A DNA stretch of 64,000 bases, from NCBI RefSeq assembly GCF_009914755.1, contig NC_060943.1; one strand, 5' to 3'. Made by a program: the position numbers and the translations under genes. The stretch is from the human T2T-CHM13v2.0 reference genome, Homo sapiens. The stretch's first letter is position 1. Every line of letters starts with the position of its first letter. The notes below the pieces were generated by a model that searched no databases, had not been told where the DNA came from, and was given only the letters and a program-made list of their open reading frames with translations. This document shows positions 1 to 19,300 of this stretch, piece after piece.

Positions 1-17
1 GCCAGGCAGTCAAATCT

Positions 18-472
18 TTTTTTTTTTTTTTTAATTATACTTTAAGTTCTAGGGTACATGTGCACAACGTGCAGATTTGTTACATATGTATATATGTGCC
101 GTGTTGGTTTACTGCACCCATTAATTTGTCATTTACATTAGGTATTTCTCCTAATGCTATCCCTCCCCCCCTCCCCCGACTCCACACTCCACGACAGGCC
201 CCGGTGTGTGATGTTCTCCTCCCTGTGTCCAAGTATTCTCATTGTTCAATTTCCACCTATGAGTGAGAACATGCGGTGTTTGGTTTTCTGTCCTTGCGAT
301 AGTTTGCTCAGAATGATGGTTTCCAGCTTCATCCATGTCCCTATGAAGGACATGAACTCATCCGTTTTTATGGCTGCATAGTATTCCATGGTGTATATGT
401 GCCACATTTTCTTAATCCAGTCTATCATTGATGGACATTTGGGTTGGTTCCAAGTCTTTGCTATTGTGAATA
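18..472 (-). mobile_element. 5'-truncated L1PA 3' end with poly(A) tail
   Basis: Poly-T at 18-32 followed by the typical L1PA 3'UTR/ORF2 tail (ORF 246..428 MIDWIKKMWHIYTMEYYAAIK). Flanked by the direct repeat caggcagtc(a/c)aatctt at ~3-18 and ~476-490 (TSD). Confidence 0.9.
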
Positions 473-667
473 GTCAGGCAGTCCAATCTTAAAGCTGCCA
501 GATAATCTCCTTTGACTCTGTGTCTCACATCCAGGTCACGCTGATGTAAGTGGTGGGTTCCCATGGTCTTGGGCAGCCCCTTCCCTGTGGCTTTGCAGGA
601 TACAGCCTCCCTCCCGGCTGCTTTCACAGGCTGGCGTCGAGTGTCTGTGGCTTTTCCAGATGCATGG
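473..667. mobile_element. MaLR (THE1/MST) internal fragment, target of the L1 insertion
   Basis: tctcctttgactctgtgtctcacatccaggtcacgctgatg...ccctgtggctttgcagg resembles THE1/MST-int from memory. Confidence 0.7.
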
Positions 668-819
668 TTCTGAGTCCAGGTAAGGTTGGAGAGGGGCTGC
701 AGGGCTAGATTTGTGAGGGCGGGTGGCGCATGGGTCTCATTTTCCCTCCCTCAGCTGGGACACCCCACCACTCCTCTCACTTCCCCTTCTAGAAGTGAGA
801 TCATGGATGCAAGATGCGG

Positions 820-1110
820 GATTATCTGGCTTGGAATCCTGAGTCCACTACTATGTAGATGAATTGCCTCGGGCTTGTGACTCAGGTTTTCTGCCACTAT
901 TTTCCTCAACTGTTAAATACTGAGGTTCCAGCTGTTACAAAACCAGTAACTTTGGACAGATGACTCAACGGTTTACGCCTCTGTTTTCCTCATCTGTGAA
1001 ATGGGAACAATGATGATTCCTCCAGCTTTGTAGGGCTTGCATGAACACGAGCTGAGTTAATGGGATAAAACAGTGTGCAGTCCATATTAAATGCCGTAAG
1101 AAGCACTTGA
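820..1110 (+). mobile_element. MIR remnant(s)
   Basis: MIR core motif cctctgttttcctcatctgtgaaatggga at ~978-1006. Confidence 0.75.
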
Positions 1111-1143
1111 CTTTGAGTCCCCAGTTCCAAAATCCAAAAAGCC
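965..1143 (-). CDS. CD70: CD70 alternative terminal coding exon (predicted 208-aa isoform)
   Basis: Acceptor ttgatttccAG at 1145-1144. Joined to the internal exon-3 donor (CAAG|GTTGTA, exon end 3808) it stays in frame: G-LFGFWNWGLKVKCFLRHLIWTAHCFIPLTQLVFMQALQSWRNHHCSHFTDEENRGVNR-stop (TGA 967-965). Matches my recollection of an annotated CD70 isoform. Confidence 0.75.
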
Positions 1144-1194
1144 CTGGAAATCAAGTTGTTTTGGTGAATTGTTTGGCAGCAATCTCTGACCTGA

Positions 1195-3294
<2,100 letters not shown>

Positions 3295-3323
3295 CACTTC
3301 CTCTATTCTTCAAACATCCCTAA

Positions 3324-3620
<297 letters not shown>

Positions 3621-3673
3621 TGAACTTAAATAAAATAAAATAAAATTTAAAAAACCCTAATCAGCAGCAGTGG

Positions 3674-4059
3674 TCAGGGGCGCACCCACTGCACTCCAAA
3701 GAAGGTCTCATCAGTGTTTCGGGAAGGCAAAAGTGTCCCAGTGAGGTTGGTGCAGAGTGTGTCCCCTCGGGCCAGGGGCGTCAGGCGCTGGGAGGCAATG
3801 GTACAACCTTGGTGGAAGCTGAGACGCAGCAGGCTGATGCTACGGGAGGCGGGAGAGCAGATTCCCACGGCCAGGGTGGTGGGGTGGTGCCTGGAGGCCG
3901 TCGTGGAGGAACAGATGGCCAGCGTCACCTGGATGTGTACCATGTAGATGCCATCACGATGGATACGTAGCTGCCCCTTGTCCAGCTCTGGTCCATGCAG
4001 GAAGGAGCGGCCCAGTGCTGGGCCCCCCTGCCAGTATAGCCTGGGGTCCTGCTGAGGTC
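3674..4059 (-). CDS. CD70: CD70 exon 3 (TNF homology domain, stop TGA)
   Basis: Translates GPQQDPRLYWQGGPALG...GIYMVHIQVTLAIC...TFFGVQWVRP. Acceptor cccccAG at 4061-4060. 162+34+386=582 nt = 193 aa + stop. Confidence 0.99.
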
Positions 4060-4170
4060 CTGGGGGCACAGGGTTAGAGGGATGAGAGGATGGAGGTTTA
4101 GGGAAACTGAGGCACAGGGGGTCATAGAGAAAGTCAGATATAGAGATCGAGAGTTAGAGATCAAGGAATA

Positions 4171-4458
<288 letters not shown>

Positions 4459-4489
4459 GGAGGGGGATAGAAGGTTAGAGATCTAAAGG

Positions 4490-5215
4490 GAAGGAGAGAG
4501 GGGTAAGGGGAAAGGGGTAGAGACAGGGAGAGAGAGACACCAGGAGAGAGAGAGACAAAAAAAAAAAAAAAAACAGAAACAGACAAGGGTAAAGATAGAG
4601 GGGGAGGGAGAGATATATAGAGAGAGAATGCAGAGAGAGAGCAAGAGAGAGAGTGTATGTGTGAGAGAGGACGAGAGTGCACGAGAGAGTGCGACAGAGA
4701 GCATGAGAGAGAGAGCATGAGAGAGCGAGAGAGTGTGTGAGAGGACGAGAGAGCTTGAGGGAGAGTGCACGAGAGAGTGCGAGAGAGCACGAGAGAGCAG
4801 GAGAGAGTGCAAGAGACAGCATGAGAGAGAGAGAGATCATGAGGGAGAGAGAGCACGAGACAGCGAGAGAGAGAGTGTGAGAGAGAGGACGAGAGAGCTT
4901 GAGGGAGTGTGCACGAGAGAGTGAGAGAGAGCACGAGAGAGCAGGAGAGAGTACGAGAGACAGCATGAGAGAGAGAGCAAGAGAGAGAGTGTGTGTGTGA
5001 GAGAGGACGAGAGAGCTTGAGAGAGAGTGCACGAGACAGAGTGTGAGAGTGAGCTCGAGAGAGTGCATGGGAGAGTGTGTGTGTGAGAGAGGATGAGAGC
5101 TACAGAGCTCGAGAGTGCACGGGAGTGAGCGAGAGAGTGCCTGAGAGAGTGAGACAGACAGCACGAGAGAGACAGCGTGCGCACGAGACAGCGCGCAAGA
5201 GAGTGCACGAGAGAA
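4490..5215 (+). repeat. GA-rich complex tandem repeat in CD70 intron 2
   Basis: (GA)n backbone with the recurring block gaggacgagagagcttgag at 4741, 4885 and 5003. Explains the low-complexity L/S-rich ORFs. Confidence 0.95.
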
Positions 5216-5314
5216 TTCCCCAAGGGACGCCTGCTCGGGTCACACCCTGAACGCCAATAAAAGCTTTGGCTCCCAGGACCCTTTTTTTTTTCTTGCTTTC
5301 CACCCGCTGGTTGA

Positions 5315-5668
<354 letters not shown>

Positions 5669-6379
5669 TATATTTCACGTGTTTCATCTCAGCGTCTCCT
5701 GTCTCCGCAACTTATCTGACTGACACACCTGAGCCTCACTCTCCTCCTCACTCAAGGCTCTCCTGGAGACTGGCTATCTTGTTAGGAAGGAACTGAACGG
5801 GGTCAAACAGGAGCCCCAAGGGTGTTTACCAGGCTTTGCAAATTTCCTGTAAGAGTGACACCTGGTCCCCTGTCAGACACTTAGGCATGATATCATCCAC
5901 CAGAAGAAAGAACTGTCCTGTGAAAGACACTGTCAACACCTGTGGCCACCACCCCTGGTGCCCCATCGATGTGGGGCTGGACAGCCACTCTCCAGAAAGG
6001 GGCCTCAAGACCAAATTACAGGAAAAATATGGCAAAGGCCGGGGAGGGGGGGAAGATATATCAGGGGTCAGAGACCCAAGGAGAAGAGAGAGCAACAAAG
6101 GTCCCTTCCATTACAAAATGGAAGGAACAAAACACGCAAGCGTGCAGTAATTTTAGTCTCTGGGGATGAACCGTGGAAAAACAGAAGAGGAAGAAGCGTT
6201 CGAGAGAGGCTGGGAGGAGGTAGAGACTTCCACCTAGAGCAGAACTGTTCATTTCTTCTCCCTCAAGGCTTCTTGCCAATGCCACCCACTCAGATACCAC
6301 CCCCCCACCCGACCGCCGCGACTCCACTTTAAATGAAAATCCCCAACCCTGGCATGCCCGGATTCCCCACCCACCTCCT

Positions 6380-6620
6380 TGCCTGATTTTTTCTCTAAAA
6401 CCTGCTCTTGGCCTGTTTTACTCTACGTGGCATTGCTCTGTTTTTCACATGTTCGTTTTTATTTTTTTGGTCATCTCCTCCTCGGTAGGAGTGATAGTAG
6501 AAGGGAAGCTCACCAGGCAGGGATTTCTGTCTGTTTTGTGCGCGACTGCAGTACCGGAACAGTGCCTGCCCACTGCAGATGTATAATTAGTGCTTGTAGC
6601 ATGAATGGAGGAAGGGTAGC
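6380..6620. mobile_element. L2 3'-end remnant
   Basis: gcagggatttctgtctgttttg...aacagtgcctgcccac...gcatgaatgga resembles the L2 tail. Confidence 0.6.
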
Positions 6621-6744
6621 CTTTCCTGTGAGCGTTTTCGTTTACTAACAAAACCCCTTTGATTCTTCCAAGGGAGGAGATCGAATGTGAAGGACTGAGA
6701 GGGAAAGGGAGAGAAAGGTAGTGGATGCCCAGAAACACAAACCT

Positions 6745-7745
<1,001 letters not shown>

Positions 7746-7759
7746 GTCCCCCGTGTTAC

Positions 7760-7793
7760 CTGTGTGATTCAGCTGCAGCTCAGCTACGTCCCA
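7760..7793 (-). CDS. CD70: CD70 exon 2 (34 bp, [12 protein letters not shown])
   Basis: Minus strand: ttcttccAG|TGGGACGTAGCTGAGCTGCAGCTGAATCACACAG|GTaac. Phases match exons 1 and 3; encodes the N63 sequon NHT. Confidence 0.98.
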
Positions 7794-8039
7794 CTGGAAG
7801 AAAAGACCAGAAAACAGGGCACGGACGTAAGCAGAGAGGTTCTATGTGTCCCCTGTGCCAGGAGCTCTCTTTTCTCTGTCCATCCTCCTTTCCACCTCTC
7901 ATCCCACGGCGCGCACTGGTGATTTTATTTCATTTTATTTTTTTTTACTCTTAAGACTTCTTAAAGAGGAAGCAGGTCTGAACCAGCGGGGAACGTGAAG
8001 TCGAGACCTTCAAAAGAACTTCTTCGTTTCCCGAATCGT

Positions 8040-8860
8040 TTTCCTGGATGTCACTGGGCGCGAGAGCACCGCGCGCAGCGGACTCTCTACGCTGCAAAGG
8101 CGCCCGGCGCGGTCCCCAAAGGGACCCCTCCCCCACCCGGAGCGAGTGGCTGGGGCCATCCCGTCCTAGGAGGCCCCAGGAAGCCCCCACGCCCAGCCTT
8201 GTGAAGCCCCCAGCAGCCTCTGAGTCAGCCTGCCGGGGGAACACCAGAGCCGAGTCATCTTCCATTTCCATGTGTGCCTACCTTTCCCATCCCGGGATCT
8301 CCCTGTACCTCCTGGCAGGGCTGCCTGTCTCGTAGCCCCTACACCGGGCAGCCTGGTCCCCGCCTCGCCTCCCTGTTCTGGTCTCTGTCTCTGCCCTACC
8401 AGATCTTCCTCTCTGGCCTCTTTGTACCCATCTCATTCTGTCTTTTCGGTCACGCGCCTCTCTATGTTTTCTTCCCAACTTTTCCATCTCAACTCACCCC
8501 AAGTGACTCGAGCGGCAGCTGCTGCTGAGCCTGTGCGAAGCGCTGGATGCACACCACGAGGCAGATCACCAAGCCCGCGACCAATGGGACCAAAGCAGCC
8601 CGCAGGACGCACCCATAGGGCCTGCGCCGCACCGAGCAGCCCGAACCCTCCTCCGGCATCGCCGCGGCGATCACCTCCGCTAGCGCAGGAGGGGCGATGG
8701 GGGCGCGGAGCGCTGCCGAGAAGGAAGGAAGGAAACTGCAGCCCCCTCCCGGGGCTCCTGGGCGTCTACTTGCTTCAACCTGTCAGGGGACCAGCCTGCC
8801 CCTCTCTGGGGATGTCCGGCCGGTCGAGGGGAGGGACTTGAGCAATTGGCGAGGGGAAAT
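8040..8860. promoter_or_regulatory. CD70: CpG island over CD70 promoter, exon 1 and intron 1; AP-1 TGAGTCA at 8221-8227 and kB-like GGGATCTCCC at 8294-8303
   Basis: High GC and dense CpGs (gcgcgcagcgg, gccgcggcga). Motifs read directly from the sequence. Confidence 0.8.
8498..8659 (-). CDS. CD70: CD70 exon 1 (cytoplasmic tail and type II transmembrane helix)
   Basis: ATG at 8659; MPEEGSGCSVRRRPYGCVLRAALVPLVAGLVICLVVCIQRFAQAQQQLPLESLG, then donor GTGAGT at 8497. Confidence 0.99.
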
Positions 8861-8975
8861 TCCCTCCAACCGCTGCCAGTCTGAAGATCCTAAAGTGGGT
8901 GGAGGCAGTTGCCAGGATGCAGGCAGTGGCCCCGGGTGAGCCTCAGAGTTGCCTGCCCCCAACCCCTCCCCGCCC
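8845..8975 (-). promoter_or_regulatory. CD70: CD70 proximal promoter: CCAAT (8845-8849), NF-kB GGGAAATTCC (8854-8863), GC box CCCCGCCC (8968-8975); no TATA box seen
   Basis: Motifs read directly, ~190-315 nt upstream of the ATG. Consistent with activation-induced expression. Confidence 0.7.
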
Positions 8976-9164
8976 GACCTTCAGGCAGGAGACATTCAAT
9001 CTTCCTATTCCCCTCTCCACCTCATTCTTCTGGGGCCCATTCATTTATTCAACAAACCTCCACTGCACATTTATTAGGGATTAGATTGTGCTGTGCACTG
9101 GGGATACAGCAGACATCCAAGAATTGGGGGTGCTTCCCAAATATTCGTGTACCCCTCTCCTGCA

Positions 9165-10164
<1,000 letters not shown>

Positions 10165-10184
10165 TCCTGCTGCTGTTCTCGATG

Positions 10185-10959
<775 letters not shown>

Positions 10960-10963
10960 CTAG

Positions 10964-12060
<1,097 letters not shown>

Positions 12061-12374
12061 ATTTCAGAGCCTGAGCCTATAGCATTTGCTGGGTGGGTGA
12101 AGAGGGTGGTCAAAGAGGTCCAGAATTTTGAGGTATCCAGAAATCAAAATATCCTCCCTGAGATCCCCAAGTACTAAAGGGATTTCCTTCACGGAAGCCC
12201 TAGGACTCCAGGTCTGGGGGAAGCGGGTAGACAGCACCTTCAAGACAATCTCCTACCTTAATTTATTTAATATTTACTTAGCTGATCTTTTTATCAGCTT
12301 AAGATATAAATAGTTTAGATTCATATCATTAAGAAATAACTAATACCTTCTAAAAGATGGGGGAAAGAGAGATG

Positions 12375-14221
<1,847 letters not shown>

Positions 14222-14708
14222 TGATGTTGGCACTCTCTCTCTCTCTCTCTTTTGCTCTAAGTCAGGGGAATCATGAGCCCTGTGAAGGGAAAGAGTTGAG
14301 GGGAGAGACCCAGAGGACAGTTGGAGCACAGAAAGTAAGATCACTTTCCTCCTGAGGAAGCCCGAGGCCCACCAGGCTGATTTTTGGCTGCCTTCTGCTT
14401 TCCCCCAAGGGAAATCTGGAAACTTCTGCCTCTCTTCCATAACCCTGGAAGCCGCGGGCAGCTTGAAAGTGCCAACTCAGGCTTCCTCTTTGTCCAACTT
14501 GGTCACTCCTTCTGTTTCCCTTTGCTGTGGCTGATCTCAAGTTGCCACAGGGATATGCCCCTTGGTGTTGATATAGGAATTAAAAAGGAATTACTGGCTG
14601 GGTGCAGTGGTTCACGCCTGTAATCCCGGCACTTTGGGATGCCGAGGTGGGCAGATCACCTGAGGTCGAGAGTCTGAGAGCAGCCTGACCAACAAGGAGA
14701 AACCCTGT

Positions 14709-15169
14709 TAAGGGAGGAGACCACCCCTCATATTGTCTTATGCCCAGTTTCTGCCTCCAAAGAAAGAAAAAGTAAAAACAAAAAGGCAGAAAGGAAATCC
14801 ACAAGCAGAAAGCCCAGCACCTCACCCTGGGCCTGGTAGTTAAAGATCGACCCCTGACCTAATCGGTTACGTTATCTATAGATTACAGACATTGTAGAGA
14901 AAAGCACTGTGAAATCCCTATCCTGTTTTGTTCCGATCTAATTACCGGTGCATGCAGTCCCCAGTCACGTACCCGCTGCTCGCTCAATCGATCACGACCC
15001 TCTCACGCTCACCCCCTTAGAGGTGTGAGCCCTTAAAAAGGACAGGAATTGCTCACTTGAGGAGCTCGGCTCTTGAGACAGGAGTCTTGCTGATGCTCCT
15101 GGCCGAATAAACCCCTTCCTTCTTTAACTCGGTGTCTGAGGAGTTTTGTCTGCGGCTCGTCCTGCTACA
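14709..15169 (+). promoter_or_regulatory. 5' LTR2 (461 bp) with HRE-type CACGTA at 14966-14971 and AATAAA at 15106-15111
   Basis: Direct repeat with the 3' LTR; motifs read directly. Confidence 0.85.
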
Positions 15170-15174
15170 TTTCT

Positions 15175-15192
15175 TGGTTCCCTGACCGGGAA
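15175..15192 (+). other. Primer-binding site for tRNA-Glu
   Basis: TGGTTCCCTGACCGGGAA is the 18-nt reverse complement of the tRNA-Glu 3' end as I recall it; lies 5 nt after the LTR. Confidence 0.92.
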
Positions 15193-15451
15193 GCGAGGTG
15201 ATTGGCAGAGGGTCGAGGCAGCTCCTTAGGCACTTAAGCCCGCCCTGTGGAACATCCCTGCAGGGGACTCCGACCAGCCCGAGTGGCGCGGATCCTGAGA
15301 GTGCTTCCGGGTAGGCATTTGCGCCGGTGGGACGCCTCGCCAGAGCAGTGTGTGGCAGGCCCCCGTGGAGGATCAACGCGGTGGCTGAACGCCGGGAAGG
15401 AACGGGCACTTGGAGTCTGGACATCTAAAACTTGGTAAGACTAGTCTTTGA

Positions 15452-15680
15452 AACTTGCCCACTCCGTTTGAGTGGAAGCGTGGCCTGATCACCCACGGCA
15501 TGCCTGTACCGGCACTTTGGTTTTGGTTTTGACTTGGTTTGAATTGCTTGACAGGATTGGTCTCAGGAACTTGCCCACTCCATTTGAGTGGAAGCGTGGC
15601 CTGATCACCCATGGCGTGCCTGTACTGGCACTTTGGTTATTGTTTTTGACTTGACTTGGATTGCTTGATACTTTGGTTTT
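15452..15680 (+). repeat. ~116-bp tandem duplication in the proviral leader, just after the splice donor G|GTAAGA at 15435
   Basis: aacttgcccactcc(g/a)tttgagtggaagcgtggcctgatcaccc at 15452 and 15568. Confidence 0.9.
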
Positions 15681-15836
15681 GGTTTTGACGTGGCTTGGAT
15701 ATCTGGATACTCCGATTTTGGTTTTGATTTTGGTTTGGTGCAAACTGCAAAAGTGTGTGTGTGTGTACCCTTTTTACCCGTTCTTTGTTTTGTGGTGTGC
15801 GTGTGGTGTGAGCGTGGTGTTTTGTCTCGAAGAAGC

Positions 15837-16131
15837 ATAGGTCAGGCACCAATAAGCCCACCCTACTAGGAACTAGGTTGAAAATTTTCAAAAAAACATT
15901 TAAAGGAGACTATGGAGTACTATGACACCAGGAAAACTTAAAACTTTGTGTAAGATAGACTGGCCAGCATTAGAGGTAAGTTGGCCATTAGAAGGAAGCC
16001 TGGAGAGGTCCTCTGTTTCGAAGGTATGGCACAAGGTAATCTGTAAGCCAGGGCACCCAGACCAGCTCCCATACATAGACACTTGGTTACAGCTGGTTTT
16101 AGACCTCCCGCCCCCAACACACAGTGGTTGA
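15837..16131 (+). pseudogene. gag matrix (p15-like) remnant; start codon apparently mutated to ATA
   Basis: KLKTLCKIDWPALEVSWPLEGS...GHPDQLPYIDTW resembles gammaretroviral MA. Confidence 0.85.
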
Positions 16132-17648
16132 GAGAACAGTAGCATAAGTGGCTGGCAGAGGCAAGGAAAGACCAGCAGAGAGAGAGAAAGGAAAGAGACA
16201 GAGAGGAAGAGACAGACAAAGAGGGAGTCAAGGAGAGAGAGAGAAAGAAAAAAAAAGAGAGAGAAAGAGAGAGGCAGAGAGAGAGAGAAAGAGACAGAGG
16301 CAAAAGGAAAGTCAAAGAGAGAGTGACAAAGTCAAAGAGAGAAAGAAAGAAGATGATTTAACATTAACCACTGAAAATTCCATTCACTCAGCAGGTTTCC
16401 TAACAGGGGATCTAAATCTTAATTACCAAATACGAACGTCTGACCAGACGTAGGAGGAACTCCCTTCAGGACAGCATGAATGATGGTTCCTCCCGGGTAA
16501 TTAAAAAAAAAAAAAAAAGCCATCTATACCAATTCTAATTTAGAGAAAACAAGGTCTTATCAATAGCAAAGGATAATTAAAATCCCGACTTACAAGGTTT
16601 TCAACAAAAGTAAAGTTTGCTAAAAGTTAACAGTTTAACATGTATGACAGTAACTTCTATGCTTCTGGCCTTAGACAGTCTAGTCCACAGACATAAAAAA
16701 AGGTTCGCTTTGGAAAAGAATGGTTATCATCTTCGAGAAAAAAAAAAGGAAAAAAAAAGGTGGGGCAGAATTTATATAAAAAGAGTATTATATGGTAAAT
16801 TCTTGTCTTGAAATAAATTAACTGGTTGTTTAAAGAAAGAAATGTTTGTAGTAAGTCCGAAAGTTAAGGCATGTCGAAAAATTGCCTGTAAAAGTTGTGA
16901 AAGAAAAATAAGTTATAAAAATAGTGTTAAAAAAAGAATTTATGCAAAAAATGTTGTATAATTTAAAAGTAACTAGGCCTCCTGAATGTAAAACTATTGA
17001 AAAAAAAAACAGTTTATGTGCAAGGTGTATAAGAAAAGTAAAATATACCTTTAGTAAAAGGATTATAAGGAGGCATAAGAGTGTACATTTTTACCTACAT
17101 TAAAAAGTTAAGTTAAAAAAATTATTGTTTTGAAGATTTAAGCAAGTTTTAAAACGTTAATTGTAAAGAAAATTCTGTGTGTAAACATATTAGCTAAAGT
17201 TAAAGAACTATCACCCAGTTTTTCTGGACATTAAAGTAAAAGCATAACAGGTTTTTCTTAAACCACCAACCTGCTCTTTAGCAAAAATTATAAAAGGTTG
17301 AAAAGAGTCTATAAAATCATACCTTATAGTCAAACATTAAAAATTAGATAAATATGTCTACAAGGTTTTATTAAAATTAGGTTTAACATTAATAACACAC
17401 TAATATAAAAATAAAATTTAGCTTATCTGGTATAAAAATCATACAAAAAGCATTATTAAACATAAAATAGTGTTTAGATTTCTTTGGTCTAAAAACTAAT
17501 AAAAATAGGTGCTGAAGGAAATTTCTCAGTAAAAAGGCACTAAGGACTATAAAGTCCACTGCCACAGTCCCCACATTTAAAACAAAAGGTCAATTTCTTA
17601 GAAATTATATACTTGGTTTATCTTCCACTTTCTTTTCTCTCAAAAAGT

Positions 17649-17753
17649 AATATGAGGGGCTGTCCCCTCCCTTAACAGGGTTTCTCCTTGTTGGTCAGGC
17701 TGCTCTCAAACTCCCGACCTCAGGTGATCCGCCCACCTCGGCCTCCCAAAGTG
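17649..17753 (-). repeat. Inverted copy of the provirus 5' junction (14630-14734)
   Basis: 105-bp reverse complement of the Alu flank plus the first 26 bp of the LTR. Confidence 0.92.
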
Positions 17754-17759
17754 ATGGTC

Positions 17760-19300
17760 TTGTGTCATTTAGGCCAATTAGATAAAAAAAAAAAAAAATG
17801 AAAAGGATCCAGTCCACCTTCAGAAAGGAAAAAATGGCTCTTCCTGTACTAAAGGACAATGTAACCCCTTAGAGCTAGTACTAACCAATCCCCTTGATCC
17901 TCGCTGGAAAAAAGAGGAACGTGTAACCCTAAAAAATTGATAAGAGCTAGACTGGATCTTCAAGTAAATATCGTGGTTTGAGAAAAAGTGTATAAATGCT
18001 CTCCCGAGCCAGTATTTCAAACCTTCTATGATAAACTAAAAGTGCCAGTACCAGAAATTCCATGAAAAACAAGAAATTTGTTTTTGCAATTAGCCGAGCA
18101 TGTGACCCAGTCTCTCAATGTCACTTCATGTTATATATGTGGAAGAACTGTCATAGGAGATCAATGGCCATAGGAAGCACGAGAATTAGTACCTACAGAC
18201 CCAGTTCCTGATGAATTCCCAGCTCAAAAGAATCACCCTGATAATTTCTAGGTCCTAAAAGCCTCAATTATTGGACAATATCGCATAGCTAGAGAAAGAA
18301 AAGAATTCACTCACCCCGTAGGACGATTTAGTTGTCTGAGACAGAAACTGTATAATGGTACCACAAAAACAGTCACTTGGTAGAGTTCAAATCACACAGA
18401 GAGAAATCCACTTAGTAAAAAATTCCCAAAGTTGCAAACCGTGTAGACATAGCCGGAGTCCCACCGGGACTAGACAGCCCCGACTAGATTATGCTACGTA
18501 TGTAGGCATAGAGCTTATGCCAAATTGCCTAACCAGTAGGCAGGCAGTTGTGTTATTAGCACTATTAAACTATCTTTCTTCCTACTGCCCATAAAAACAG
18601 GCGAACTCCTGGGCTTCCCTGTCTATGCTTCCCTCGAAAAGAGAAGCATAGCTATAAGAAATTGAAAAAATGATAAATGGCCCCCGAGAGAATCATACAA
18701 TATTATAGTCCTGCTACTTAGGCACAAGATGGCTCGTGAAGATACTGGACTCCCATTTACGTGATCAACCAAATCATATGGTTACAAGCTGTCTTAAAAA
18801 TAATCACCAATAAAACCGGCACAGCCTTGACCATTCTGGCCCAGCAAGAAACTCAGATGAGAAATGCTATCTCTCAAAATAGATTAGCTCTCGACTACTT
18901 GCTAGCAGCTGAAGGAGAAGTCTGTAGGAAATTTAACCTTACTAATTGCTGCCTACACATAGATAATCAAGGGCAAGTAGTTGAAGACACAGTTAGAGCT
19001 ATGACAAAACTGGCACATGTGCCCGTGCAAGTGTGGCATAAATTTGATCCTGAGGCCATGTTTAGAAAATAGTTCCCAGCGCTAGGAAGATTTAAAACTC
19101 TTACAGTAAGAGTTATAATAGTAATAAGAACCTACTTACTGCTTGCTTGTTTGCTACCTGTACTTCTTCAAATGATAAAAAGCGTCATCGCTAACTTAGT
19201 TCACCGAAATGCTTCAGCACAAGTGTACTATATGAATCATTATTGATCTGTCTTGCAAGAAGACACGGGTAGTAAAAATGAAAGTGAGAACTCCAGTATT
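17760..19300 (+). pseudogene. Class I ERV env remnant (ERV3/HERV-I-like SU and TM)
   Basis: Furin-site remnant LEKR/SI at ~18633-18650; immunosuppressive domain plus CX6CC ([26 protein letters not shown]); many stops. Confidence 0.9.

Noticed and set aside
4060-4069. Predicted start MPP of ORF 3674..4069
   Set aside because: Intronic; the exon starts at 4059 after the AG.
8660-8674. In-frame upstream GTG that would extend CD70 by 5 aa
   Set aside because: Weak non-AUG context; the ATG at 8659 gives the known N-terminus.
8048-8841. Antisense ORFs of 95-189 aa across the CD70 CpG island
   Set aside because: Expected in GC-rich DNA; no recognisable domain.
15175-15192. tRNA-Glu match as a tRNA gene
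   Set aside because: Only the 18-nt primer-binding site; no tRNA body.
15452-15680. Repeat-spacer-like pattern suggesting a CRISPR-type array
   Set aside because: Only two ~116-bp tandem copies in a retroviral leader, in a eukaryotic context.
18761-19072. 103-aa env TM ORF with an immunosuppressive domain as a possible domesticated gene
   Set aside because: GTG start, no signal peptide, surrounded by stops, and conserved glycines are mutated.
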